This document shows, in pieces, positions 24,155 to 36,921 of a stretch of 41,074 nt of DNA. The DNA is from Trichinella spiralis (taxonomy: Eukaryota). Location: NCBI RefSeq assembly GCF_000181795.1, contig NW_003526943.1, forward strand, positions 2,799,666 to 2,840,739. Direction: 5' to 3'. The notes under the pieces are model-generated. The model was not told the DNA's origin. It was given only the letters and a program-made list of their open reading frames with translations, and did not search any database. The first letter of the stretch is position 1, and the number at the start of each line of letters is the position of its first letter. The position numbers and the translations under genes were made by a program.

Positions 24155-27100
24155 TCATGATATCCAAATAAATGCCACGGCAATGCAAGCTGTTACTTAA
24201 ATAAAAAAAAATTATTAATAAAATAGCGGTAATTTTTTTTGTTTTAATTACCCCAAAACCATCCCATTCGCAAGGCTGAAGAGCTGCTAGCAATCACACA
24301 TTCGTGGGGTCGTAATTTTTGAAGCAATGAACCAAAATGACTCCATCTTGACGGTGATAAAAAGTTACTGATAGCGTTGTTATTTTTATTATCTACAAAA
24401 AATTGAAAATGAAAAAATTTGTTGCAATAATGCTTATTTAATCAAAAATTGCACAGTGTGATATAAAATTATATTGCATAACAAAGTTTTAGACAAAGCA
24501 TCTAGCATGCATGAAATTACAGCGATAGATATTGAAAACACTGTTTTATATTTGAATATATCATTTGCAATTGCATACGATTAACCATGTAGTTGAATTT
24601 TAATTAAATTAATTAATGTAAAACCTAATTTACCTGCAACAAAAACAGTGTAATGTTCACAGTTGGAATATTTCACAGCTACGTGCCTGACTTGTACATC
24701 CACTTCATGCATTTCCAATTGCAAATGCTTTGAAAGAATGGGTAAAATATCTTCTCTGAAATAGTGAAAAAAAATTATCTTAACTAAAAGAAAGCAATTC
24801 TTAATTTTTCGAATCATTTTAACTGGAAACTTCCGTTTTGTTCATATATTATTATATATCTTTGTTTGATTCATCAAATTTCATTTTTTATAAAACATTT
24901 TTTCTCTGAATGAAACTTTTTATGAATGTTTCCTTGAATGAATATTTAAAAAATATAAAAAATTATAACTTACACAGTCAATGAGCGATCTGCTGTTATG
25001 TTAACGGATTTCACCTCGACAAATTCCAAAAGAGCACAGACCTTTTTACTTGGATTTTTGACGCTTTTTAAAAGCAAAACTTTTCCAGATACTAAAAAAA
25101 TTAAGCTCAGCTGCTGGTGTTCAAACTTGAATAAGATGAATTATGAAACAAATGAATCAACGTTTTTTTTACTCACGACGCCATGTAATGATAAAGTACA
25201 TTAGCAATTCACAACATAATAACTTAACAGATATGAAAAAATAAAAGTCAAAAAAGAAAAAAATATTTAAAATTTTACATTAAAATAATTTTTTCTAAAT
25301 AACCTATGTTCTATAATTTTCTTTCATGTTTCGAAACAGAAATATATCACAAACTGGCACATGTCAATTGCCGACTTTGTTGAATAGAAAAATGAATAAT
25401 ATAAAATGAACATCTGTGATTTTATTCAAAAATGCATATAGCAGAAAAAATTCTTATTCAAATTAACTTACCACTGTAGGGACCATGAAGAGGCATGAAC
25501 GGAACACAAAATTTATCACGTTCATTAGTATGTAAAACTGTTTCAGATTTCAGAGTGAAGTCACCAATTGCACAAATAAGTTTGTTTCTTCGGCATACTC
25601 TAGTGTAATTCTAAATTAAATTTATCATTATTAAATATTTGTTTATTAGATTAATTGATGACATTTCATAATGAAAGTTGATTAAAATAGAATTTAGGCA
25701 TAATTATTGAAATTCATACAGGCAACCTGTATTAAAAAAACAAATAATAAGCATTGTATATGTATGAACAAACAAAATTACAGTAAATAATGCAGTTTTA
25801 ACTTTCCAGATTTGTGATAAATAAAATTCTGATAATAAATAAAATAAAATTATGTATCAATCATGTTTTCATAATATTTCATGTTGTTGCAGAACAGATT
25901 TATTGTTATTTGTAAAAATCATTGAACTATGACAAAGATGCTCTCAGGTGCATTGTTAAATATGAAAACTGGACAGTCGGAAAAAAGCAACCTACATTCA
26001 ACTGCGACATACTTGGAGCAGATGCTATTCACATTAATTTTCTTACCATATGAATGTTTCATTTTTCATTGCTGAACTTTCTAATTATTCAGTTTCACAG
26101 TACAGTAAAGAACACATCAAATCTGTTTATTTATTATTATAACTAAATAAATTAATGATTGACAAATTAAAAATAAATGTTTTCTCAACTTTCTTAGTCT
26201 ATTTAAAACTGTAAAACAATGCCAATAAAGTGCTTTTTTGTAGTATAAAATAAACTTGGATTTAACATGAGATATCATAAATTCCTTCAATTCATCAGTT
26301 TTTAAATCAAATTAAAAAATACCAAAAAAATTCAAAAATGAAAAATTCATCTTTATATATTATTCGTTGAAAAATTATTCCATTTAAAATATACAGTGAA
26401 ATTTATCATATAAAAGCATTACTTACAGATTGTGAAATACGAATATAAAATGGGTTGTATACTGATTGTTCAGAATTACATGCTGACAAATCGTTAGTAT
26501 CCAATATTACAGCAACCATTTCTTCATATTCCTAAAAATCAAGCAACAGTAAAATGGAGAAGAAACTTTTCAATTATTAAAACAAAAAATCCATTAATAA
26601 TTAATAAAAATCAATAATAATCCCAGTGCATTATTTAAATGCATGATGAATTAAGCTCTTTAAAGTTTAGAAAAATATTGAAATTTACTTCATCTATATG
26701 GAATTTTATGTTGTTACAATATAATCAAATTAATAAATTCAATTTATTTTAACAAGACTACATTTTAACAGTTGAATAAATATGTAAATGCAAAATAACA
26801 AGATGAATTCATTTAAAATATCTAAAAATTCATTATTATCAGTAATCAGTTTAATAAATAAAAGGTATACAGATTTACTTCTTCTCCACTAAGTTCATAG
26901 TAGACAGCAGCAGGAGAATCGATTCCAGTTGTTGGATTGTCAACTGAAACATACTGAACCTAAAGAGAATTTTCGTTTCAAATAAATTTATAGATATATT
27001 ATATATTTAAATAAAAAATTCTTTTCCTCACCATTGTTATTTCACCATGTAGGTGAGAACTGTCAAAATGTGCTGTTAAAATAACTGGCTTCACTTTGCT

Positions 27101-29225
27101 GTCGGTAGCTGTTCTGTTTCGAGAAAAGCAAGACGTTGTTGTTTCATCAGTCAAGGTGATGTTAGCACATGCGGAAGCAAAGTCAAAATTTAAGCTCAAC
27201 GTATTTCCAATTATTGAAAATGGCCCATTCAAAGGCAACAATTCAGTCGCGTAAATACCGAGACCCTAAAATGCCAGTATCATTAAAAAAATAAATTCAT
27301 AAACGATGAAGATTTTTATAAAGATATTGAAATAAAATTAAAAAAAGAAACATAAAAAGCGAACTTTCTGCATAGGAGAAAGCAATAAGATTGTTTTGAC
27401 GCAATTGTGTCAATGTTATTTTAAAGCTTGAGACAATTAATTGTCAACGTTGTTCTCAAGCAGGATATGAATATTTTGAAACAAGTATCACACACCAATA
27501 TGTTTGCCAATTCATGCATATTATTGAAATAAGCAGTAGTCGTGTGCAATGCTTATTGAATTCAAGTGCATTTATTATTGCCATTGAAAAATACTTCTAC
27601 ACTGAACACAGCACACACTTGAAAGTGGTAAAAAAGCAGTACAGGCAAGAATATACAAAAGGTGCAAATAAAATTGTCAAACTTACCAACAGTTGGTCAC
27701 GTTGTCCAGTGAAAAAAAGTTCACCGTATTTTTCATTCAAACTGCCAATTGGACAACTTTCGGCCGCTTTCAAGCAATAATCCGAGCCGAGTTTGGCCGG
27801 ATCGAATAAATCTCTGTCTGCTGAACAGGCCATCTCCTCTTGGGACCAGCCGGTGGATTTTTCGCTAATTTCCCATACCGCCTTTTCGGGCGCAGTCAAG
27901 TCGAACAACATCTGCACGTCGGGCACGATCCAAGTGGTCGACTGCCAGTGGTCGTCCAATTGGTGGAACTTCACCACGCCCAAGGCCGGATAGAAGAACC
28001 TGGCCACGGCTGTTCTCACGTTGGCCGGCTGCAGAGTGTAACAAGCTGGCTCTGCACCGGCGGTCTGAATTTCCAACTTGTGGAACATGATGCTCCGGTC
28101 GCCGTACAAAGTTACGTCTAAGGCGATTTGTACGGTGCTGTTCTGCTGGTTGATCAGATTCAGTTTGCTTTTTTCAGTAATTTCAGATTCACATTGATTT
28201 TTGTTGTCCAAATCCAAAGGTACAAAAATGCTAGCTGTGGTTTTTTGTTCAGCTTTTCGAGTCGTTGATGTGCGGGTGAGTGTCAGCGGATGGAAGGGCG
28301 ACTGTTGGCGAATTTCTATCCGATCGTCGTCCGGTAGCGTGAAGTCGAGACCGTCATAGACGGCCACCGGCGACAACGAAGCACAAGCAAGCGTGGTCGA
28401 TTGACGCCAGGCGTGGTCCGAGTCGGCCCGTCTGATCACCAGCACCGAGTTGGTCAGTTCTGAGAGGTGGTGTTGGACGTTGTCGACCGTGACCAGCCGG
28501 GGTTCGGTATCCGGCTGCAAAAGTTGGCGGTCGTCGGTCGAATGGAACCAGAGCGGTGCCTTTTCGGCCGACAGGCGACACGACGAATCCGAAGGTTCAC
28601 GGCCATTTCTAGTGTCCGGCCACCACTTGCGTCTTATTGACCAGCCAACCTGGGTTTCGGAATTTTCACCGTTGACCAGCAACGACAAGAGCTGTATCCG
28701 CCGGTGACGTTGCAACGAGAACACGTAGACTGGGCCGGCGACTTGGCTGCCGTAGAAGCGACCCAGGTAGATTTGGGCGTCGTCGAGCCAGTTGGCGCAG
28801 ACGGCCACGTCGGTGCCAACGCCCCTCACCAGCACGCTGAACACACGATCAGTGAAATGAGGTGCCAATTCGAGCGGATCTTTTTCGTTCACCAAATGGC
28901 GACCGTCGCTGGTCAAAGCCACCGGTACCGTATAGCTGCCGTTGGTCAGCGGATGCGGCTGCCAGCCGGCCAACGACGAGCAGTCGTGGTCACCTTGTAG
29001 AAATGGCGCATCGTGAAATGACACTTCGACGTGGGTGACAGTCACCGGGAGACCGGTCAAATTCACCTGAAGCTCAACATTACTATCGGGCGATTTGGAA
29101 TCGAAATTCAGCCAGCCGACCACGCCCTGATCCCCTAAATACAGTCGAACTGCGGACGCAGACCTCAAGTGATGATGATGAACCGTGATCAGACAGAAAA
29201 TCACTCCAACACTGATCGAATACAT
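24155..29225 (-). CDS. Predicted secreted, GPI-anchored protein with degenerate Cu-SOD-like repeats (CSRP/Rsod-like); 9 exons, about 839 aa
   Basis: Exons 29225-27687, 27265-27032, 26959-26879, 26531-26427, 25610-25472, 25091-24974, 24755-24634, 24392-24252 and 24195-24155 are all phase-consistent. N-terminal hydrophobic signal; recurring motifs CPIGSLNEKYG / CAIGDFTLK, LPLNGPFSIIGNTL / MPLHGPYSVSGKVL / VTLYGDRSIMFHKL, ACANI / VCAN / LACA; C-terminus SSSSALRMGWFWVTACIAVAFIWIS*. Confidence 0.75.
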
Positions 29226-30360
29226 TTGGAAGCGACTGAACAAAAGCGACAAAAGCAATTAAATTCTTATTAATTATAATATACAATTATTAATTATCAG
29301 TATGATCAATTTCACCTCAGGGAACGAGATGAAGAAAAAAGTATTTTTCAACTTTTCGACTTCTTCTTCTTCTTTCTTCGACTGCTCCGTGCACTGAAAA
29401 ACAGTTCAAACCATAAATGCAATGGCCATTTTCTCAAGTACACGCACACACATAACACATATTGAAGGGAGAGAGAAGCCTGTTTTCACGGCTGGAATGC
29501 TTTTCGGGTCACCGTAGGCGGACGACATACAAACCAAATTTATCATCCAAACATCAGAAGAAAATAACCAGCCAAACTGTGCTTCTTATTGCTATTTCTG
29601 TTTTTTTACTTCTCTGCAAATCATTCCATCAATATACGAACAGTTTTATTCAAAAAAAATATCCCCACACAACTTTGGGCTGCTGCTGCTTTTCCTTTTT
29701 CTTCTTTGATAATTCACAGTATCATCATCATTACTGAATTGTAAAATTTAACTTTTTTCAAATTTTCCAACAAATAATAATTTTTTCACATCTATTCATC
29801 TTTTATTGTTGATTGAATAATGCTTTATTCTGCATTTTAATCATTAATCGAACGCTTTTCATTGCTCAAATTAAATTTCCATCATTTCATTAATGTGAAT
29901 AATCAATCCCCTTGCCAAACTATTTCGCTTTTGTACTACTTTTCATTAATTTCTCATTTGTGAAATCAAAAAAAGAATTTTTTTTTGAAATTTAAGCGTT
30001 TCGCTTTGATAATTTCACAACTGAAACAATTTCAAACCTTTGTCACATTTATTCACATTACGTTGAAAAAGCACATTACTGCAATCATCGCCACACAAAA
30101 TTTAATACCATTTAAATTAATCGACTCAATTGACCGCTTTTTAAACATGAAAAAGTCACCACCACATAAAATTATATCTATTACACGAAAAATGAATAAA
30201 TGGTAAAAGAAAAAATACGTAAACAAGGGTGTATAAACAGAAAAAGATAGACCGAAAGATTATACATAGGTGTGTATGAAGATGTTTCACTGAATGAGGA
30301 AACACCAATCAACAGGACAGGACTAAAATTATCTGAATATGGATCGACATTTCTCTCTTC

Positions 30361-33133
30361 TTATCTATCAACTTGTATGTTCGAATCAGCAGATTCGTCC
30401 GACTTTTTCTTCACACCTCGTTGCTTTTCAGCCTATTGTTGAAAGGTGAAAAAAATACAAATTTGAAATGTTCGCATTAAAAATAAAACATTACCAAAGC
30501 TTTCCAATCTTGATACGGAAAACGTGCAGTCCTAAACCGGCGAAGGTGTGTCTTAAAATAAAAAAAAATCATTACATGATAACAGCATACATTTCCATAT
30601 AACTACATACCAAAAAGTCGCTTCCCAATCCAAAATCTTTCAGTTTCTGAAGTAGCTCTTCGTCATTCTTCTCAAGCGCTGCTTTAATTCCATCCTATTA
30701 CATAATTAATTATTATCAAGTGTCAGAACATTTGCATAAATGAAAAAAATAAAAACAATAAAATTAAACAAAATTAAAGTCAAGAAAAAAATACCCTTGT
30801 AAGTTCCCGGTTTGGTGACTTGAGTCGAGTAATTAATGCATGCTCTGCACAGTATTTTTCAGTTACAACTGCCGAAACCGTACACTTCGGAAAAGTACAC
30901 TTCTTGAACAAATGCTGCTTCTTCTCCACATAGGCGTCTGAAAATCAATTTTTGCTTCGTATACTTTCCAAATTCTATTCCTCAATTGCAACTTACGTTT
31001 GTCACAATAATTCAACAATGGCAGAGCATACCTATCGCAAATACGTTGTCCAAATATCTCGTATGAACATGTACTGCTAAAAAAGGGAAAAAAAACCAAC
31101 GTTAACCTATCATCATCATCATCATCATTGAGAAAAAAGGAGGAAAATAACAACGTGTTTTCCAGATGATCTTTCTCCAAAGCCATGTAGCGCAAAACTT
31201 CGCTTTGATTTCGCACAAAAAGTCGACTGCTATTTTGACACTTTTCTACCGAAATGTTCCAACGATCTTCAACGGAAGTTTCTTCTGCAAATTCAAAACA
31301 GCTCAATATATAAATAAATAAATAAATAAACAAACAAACAACAAGGCATCAAAAAAAAATAAACAGCAATGCTGTAACTTTTTTTACCCTGACCCTGCCA
31401 TCCCGACTGCACCATTCGCAATTGGTATTTCATCGTCAAAGCAGCAGCTAATTCTAACAACGTATTTTCATATTGAATGTGATAATCGCGCACCATTGGG
31501 TTTATTTCTTTACGAGTCAAAATCTGAACACGTCTGTAATAAAACATCAGTGTATAAACTTTTTAAAAATGTTAACACAAAACAGATAACATTAACAAAT
31601 CATTTCATGATGACCAAAATAAGTTCAAAATTTACTTCAATATTATTTCATTTGCAAACTGATCACTGACAAATGAACTGATTATAAATCAATACAAAAC
31701 AACAAATAATTTCTACCTGAAAGGACCATCATCTTCAAGAAGACAATGATAAGGCAGATCCGGTACAGGAAGGCTTGTTTTCATTATTTCCATTTCTGGC
31801 TCTGATTCAGTTTCAGAACTTTCATCTAAACATAAATAAATAAATGTATATATATACATCCAATTTTAGCATGGGTTAGCAGAGAAGTTTGAGCAAAACT
31901 TTACCCATACTGCTGAAAGTGTTGTTCAATGGAGATGTGTCTTGCTTTCTTTTAACATTCCGTTTGGGCTTTTTCAGATATTCCATAAACGATTCCAATT
32001 CTTTGTCTGCTATATATCGAGCATTCTTTCGCCTAGCATCTTTCCGTTTATCCAGCTCCATATGCAAAATTACCTCCTCATGCTGTTCGCACAATCTACA
32101 CAAATTATATACATATACATATATACAACTGAAAAATAAATCATCACGAAAAACCAACTTACCCAGTTTGAGAATGCAACAATGAAATCGATTTTGGACA
32201 TCTTAGTTTTGAAGAGTCCATTGGATACCGGCATTGCATCAATCCGTATTGAGGATCTGGCGGTGCGTGGTTTATGCAAAGTCCAACTGAACCAAACGCT
32301 GGAAGACCGCACTCGTTTCCAGGATACTGACACATCTGTACTTTTTCATCTTCATCATCGTTCGCTTCCATCACAATGCTTTGCATCTGATCTGCTGCCA
32401 AAGACGGTGGCTGCGCACGAACTATATACATTTTTATTTACAACATTTTTCAATTCATACACTGTTGTCTGTTAAAGCTACCTTTTTTTGATCTGCCACG
32501 TTTTTTCTTAACAGGCTGTCTCCGTTTTATTCGCTCCAATATTGAGCTGTCACTGGGCGCAGCCAATTTCCGTCCAATCTGAGCTTTCGATAAATACAAA
32601 ACTTTTGATGAAGAAGCCTGCGGGAACCTAGCCTAAAATGCAACGCTTAAGTCAACTACATATTATTACTCTGAAGTTCACAACAACAATAAATAAAATA
32701 TGAACATATATTTAAAAAACTATTTTGCAAAAATATAAATGCAACTTGCAACAATTTTTTTTCTGGTCACAATTGGCTTCAACAGATGCTGCTTTTTGAT
32801 TGCTGAATTTCCGCTTCGAGAAATTAGCTCTTTGAAATGACGGCGTACTGTAAAAACATTGTAAGCTGGCACAATCAATCGACAACTTCGTTGCAAGTTA
32901 CCGTTTTCAAATGGATCTCCACGCTGCTGCTCTGCATGCGTAAGCTTTGCTGACAAAGTAGAAGGTCGTGTTATATGTCTTCTCAAAATACTATTTGTGA
33001 GCGTGTTTCGTGCCGGATCAGTCTTCACAAGCAACAAACCTGGCGCCCGACGAACAGCAGAACTTTTGGCATTAGTAGATTCCGTTACCACCGCTCTTCT
33101 ACCAAGCTCTATTTTGATATTGGATAAATTCAT
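30361..33133 (-). CDS. KANSL2: KAT8 regulatory NSL complex subunit 2-like protein with two zf-C3Hc3H domains; about 12 exons
   Basis: Exons 33133-32750, 32632-32482, 32421-32163, 32095-31905, 31825-31717, 31533-31388, 31284-31155, 31076-30997, 30937-30795, 30694-30611, 30551-30495 and 30432-30361. First finger: CQYPGNEC...LCINH...QCRY...RCPK...LCEQH. Acidic linker, then DGPFRRVQILTRKEI. Second finger: CSYE...ICDRYALPLLNYCDKH...HLFKKC...C...YCAEH. INO80D shares the finger, but the overall layout fits KANSL2. Confidence 0.78.
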
Positions 33134-35307
33134 CTTTGTCTAAACAAAAAAACCACAACTGATATGAAATGCCTCCCAATTTCAAAGGATCAAATAATGC
33201 TGAAGATCGAACACGTTGAAATTTCATAATTTTGTCAAGAACGCCCATTTTATCAAATGTAGCATTTAAAAAATTATGCAAATAAGCAGTAAAAAATTAT
33301 ATTTGATAATGTAATATTCAATGTAAAATGTAAATGAGTTTTCTTTTGCAAATCACTTCACCTATACTGAAACTGAAATTTTCGTAATGCATTCTGTTCT
33401 ATATACAAGTAAGATTGCAATGATCAGTTAACATACAACAGTATAACGTTTTCTGCTATTCATTCACCGAATACAAAAAAACACACAATACGAGCATATT
33501 AAACAACAGGGATTACAACACATTACTAACACGTTCACTCTTACAAATAATGCCCGTACCGTAGGAATACACAGATGGTTAAGCATAATATTTTTATCTT
33601 CTACTATAACAGGAAATCTTCTCAATCAACAATGTGTTATAACACATTCAATCACTAAAATCCAAAATTTTCAAACTTTCTTTATTCCTCTTTTAACCTA
33701 ATAACAGTTCTTAACTAGCTTAAACAAATAAAGTAATTAGCAGAAAAAATACGAAAAGATAGCAAAATGTGTTAATTCGCCATATCCACGCTTAACCGTC
33801 AATTCCAGACAAGCATCTGAGCAAATTCTTACACAAACAAATACAAAACGCGCGTTGAAAATTTAAAAGAAAACCAAAAATTAAAAGAAAAGTAATATTT
33901 AAAACATTATTTGTTTTTCATAACGGAAAATTTTCTGATGCAATTTTAAACGTAACTACGAAAAAATTAAAAACTAAGATGAAACTAAACCAATAAAAAA
34001 TTCATCTAAAAATAAGAAGATCTGAACTCCAATTAATTGAGAAAGAAAGACATAATTAACACGATAAAAACATTATCAACTAACAAATTTAACTGCGCAA
34101 TAAATGCACTAACAAATAACTATGTAAAAGAAAAACTTGAACACGCATAAACACATATATAGATTTGTTTACGTTCAGGAATGCAGAAGTTATATATTTT
34201 TATATGTTTAAACATACATATGAACGATTTCTAAATAAGTACTAACATCTACACGACACTATACTGAAATAAAAATTACAGTATAAAATACCAATAAAGA
34301 TTATCAAGTTACGTTAAAATTATTATTGTAGTGAAAAATATAAATTAAGAAATGACAAAAATTCTGTATTAATTAAGTTGATAAATTTTTTCAGTATTAT
34401 GTTAAAAATTTAAATATTAAAATAAAAATTATTTCGGAATTACTACGCATTATTGTCAGCATTACTACTGATAACTTTACTTTGGCAGAATGAATTTCAC
34501 CGAATGCAATTATTGCTTGTATCTGATTGTTCTGATTAAGTAATACTTTAAAAATAATGCTAATTATTAACCACAGTTTCGAATTTTGTCATAAAGGATG
34601 GACAACTTCTTCCAAAGGAGTCTGTACTTTACACTCAGACTTCAGAAGAAATTTTCAACATATACGTAAAATCACTTGTAATAGAATTTTAATCTTGTAA
34701 ACAGCAAAACTTAAACCGTCTGTGCAGGCTATAATTTGGAACAAAGCTATGATGATAAAAGCAGAACGTTGACTTTGTCTTCGTAGATGAAGACTTATAA
34801 GAAGATTCTATTCTGTCACTTTTTTAAAACCTAATTTAGTGTTTGATTAATCAGTATTTGTGAAAACTTACTCATGATCACAATTATTATCTTATTATGA
34901 GCATTACTGTTTTAAAATGTGTATAAATGGCTAACAATTTTGAGATGCATTCTTTTTTAACTGCTAAATCTTTAAATTTAAGCATTAGAACTTAACGTAT
35001 AAAGATTTAAAAAGATTATAACATAATACATTAATAAATTTTTTTTTGTTAATGATTATTTTCTATGTGTATTTTGTATTGTAAAATTTTGTCAGTTTTT
35101 GATTATAACTATAAGAATTTATTCTTATTCAAGACTTAACAAACTGAGACAAAGACATCATCACAAACAGGCCAAGTTTTAATTTCTATTTATTTTTAAC
35201 AGAACCTCAATTTTTAATACTGTCAATACAGTAAGTTGAACCATCAATAGTAAATTAATATTTTTCTCATTTACTACATGCCCGCCTATTTATAAATTTA
35301 ATCAAAA

Positions 35308-36461
35308 ATGAAAACGAATGCACTTTTATTTATCACTGGGTAATTTTTTTGATGAATTTGTGAAATGTACATGGAAATTTTTTAATACTATGCAATTATA
35401 TTCTGTTAATTAACAGGTGTTTTATTGCTCAGTCACGTAGCGCTTTTTTAATCAGGGTTACTTCTGATGGAAAAGCGGTAACTTTTTTTCAGTTAGATGC
35501 TTTTCAAAAATTATGGGTATGGATGTTCGTTATAATACAGCTATGCTTGTACAATTAGTTCATTACAGACAGAAGGAAACTATAACGTGGTGATGGATTT
35601 TGGAAATATTCTACCTCTCACTGAGCCCAAAGGTGTCTCAAGATTATTTTTGAATGAAACCTTCAGCACACTGTATGCTTCAATCATGACAGGTAGCGAA
35701 TTACAAGGCATTTTTATAATCTTCATTTTACTTTTTACTTTTTTCTAAATTCTTCTCTTAGTTTAGTTAATTGGAGATTAATTTTAGTTTTCATTTGTCG
35801 CATTATGTTGATTTTTGTAATATGTTTGTATGACTAAACTATTAAATTAATTTTTTTCATTCATGTCATTGCATTTATTCATTTCTGTACTTTTTACTAC
35901 TGCTATTGTTTGAATGTGATTTTTAAAATATTTAACAATTAATTTGAACTTGATTTATAACATATGCATTGCAATTATTACGTTTGATTTATTTATAATT
36001 AACAGCGTTAAGACAAATATATTTTTGTTTGACAAATTAATTTTTATGTTTACAAATAATATTTTCTTGATTTCTGAGATTTAATTAACAGTGTTAATGG
36101 AATGAAAATTGGCTTATGTTTGGATTTTACGTTTAGACATCAATGCTCCAAATGAATATACATTGGTTGAAAAAGAAAACATGCTTTGGTTTGTTGTCGG
36201 TATTACAGGCAGTGAAGAGAATAAAGAAAAAGCGGTCGCTTTTGTAATAAACCATTTTCTGTCAAAAGGCAAAGGTAATTGCTGAAATGACATAAAAATA
36301 ATTCGATCATATAAGTATTTTATTTTATTTTATTTTATTTATTAGTATTTCGTCCTCACGTTTATTTGATTTATGAAAATGACAAATTATTGTTATTTTG
36401 TGTTCATCTGGAGAGCTTTCTTTTCGATATGTGGATGAAATTATTTACGAAAATTCGTTGA
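35308..36461 (+). CDS. Hypothetical secreted protein, about 169 aa, 5 exons; family not recognised
   Basis: Exons 35308-35339, 35417-35516, 35569-35692, 36137-36274 and 36346-36461 join with canonical GT-AG sites and consistent phases. N-terminus MKTNALLFITGCFIAQSRSA is signal-peptide-like. Absent from the ORF track because each exon is short. Confidence 0.55.
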
Positions 36462-36921
36462 CTTCCAACAAATAATGCTCACCTTTCTCAAGTGAGCAAA
36501 AATGCAATATTTTTGTGAAACGTTTAAAAATTTTAAACATATCAAAGTTTAGATTTATAATGAGATCAACCTGGTTTTTCGGTTGTTTGTTTACTGGTTT
36601 ATTTTATGTAAAATGTTTGTATGAATTTGTTCATCTACTTTTCATCCGGTGGTGTTTTATTGTACAAATTAGCCTTAGTTAAGATTTTTAGCAAAGAATG
36701 ACCAAGACAATCGTTTAAAAAAAGTAAAATATGTCACGAATATTTCATCATTTTAAATTTAATCTGAAAATAATTTATTTCCAACTCCTATACAATCAAT
36801 CTTTTAAGCACGGTACAGAATTGGTGGATGAAATGCAATAATTTTGAAAATTACTGCAATTGAAAGAACAAATTATTCTGAGAATTTTTATATGGAACAA
36901 TCTGATTGTCAGTTAAAATGT

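Noticed and set aside
27793..29286. Plus-strand and alternate-frame ORFs in the GC-rich block; also considered a bacterial insert or contamination
   Set aside because: They are shadows of exon 1. That exon has a consensus GTAAGT donor and joins in frame to AT-rich spliceosomal exons carrying the same repeat motifs.
34490..34780. Possible additional small plus-strand gene upstream of the orphan gene
   Set aside because: The best exon chain needs a 39-nt intron and hits a stop immediately.
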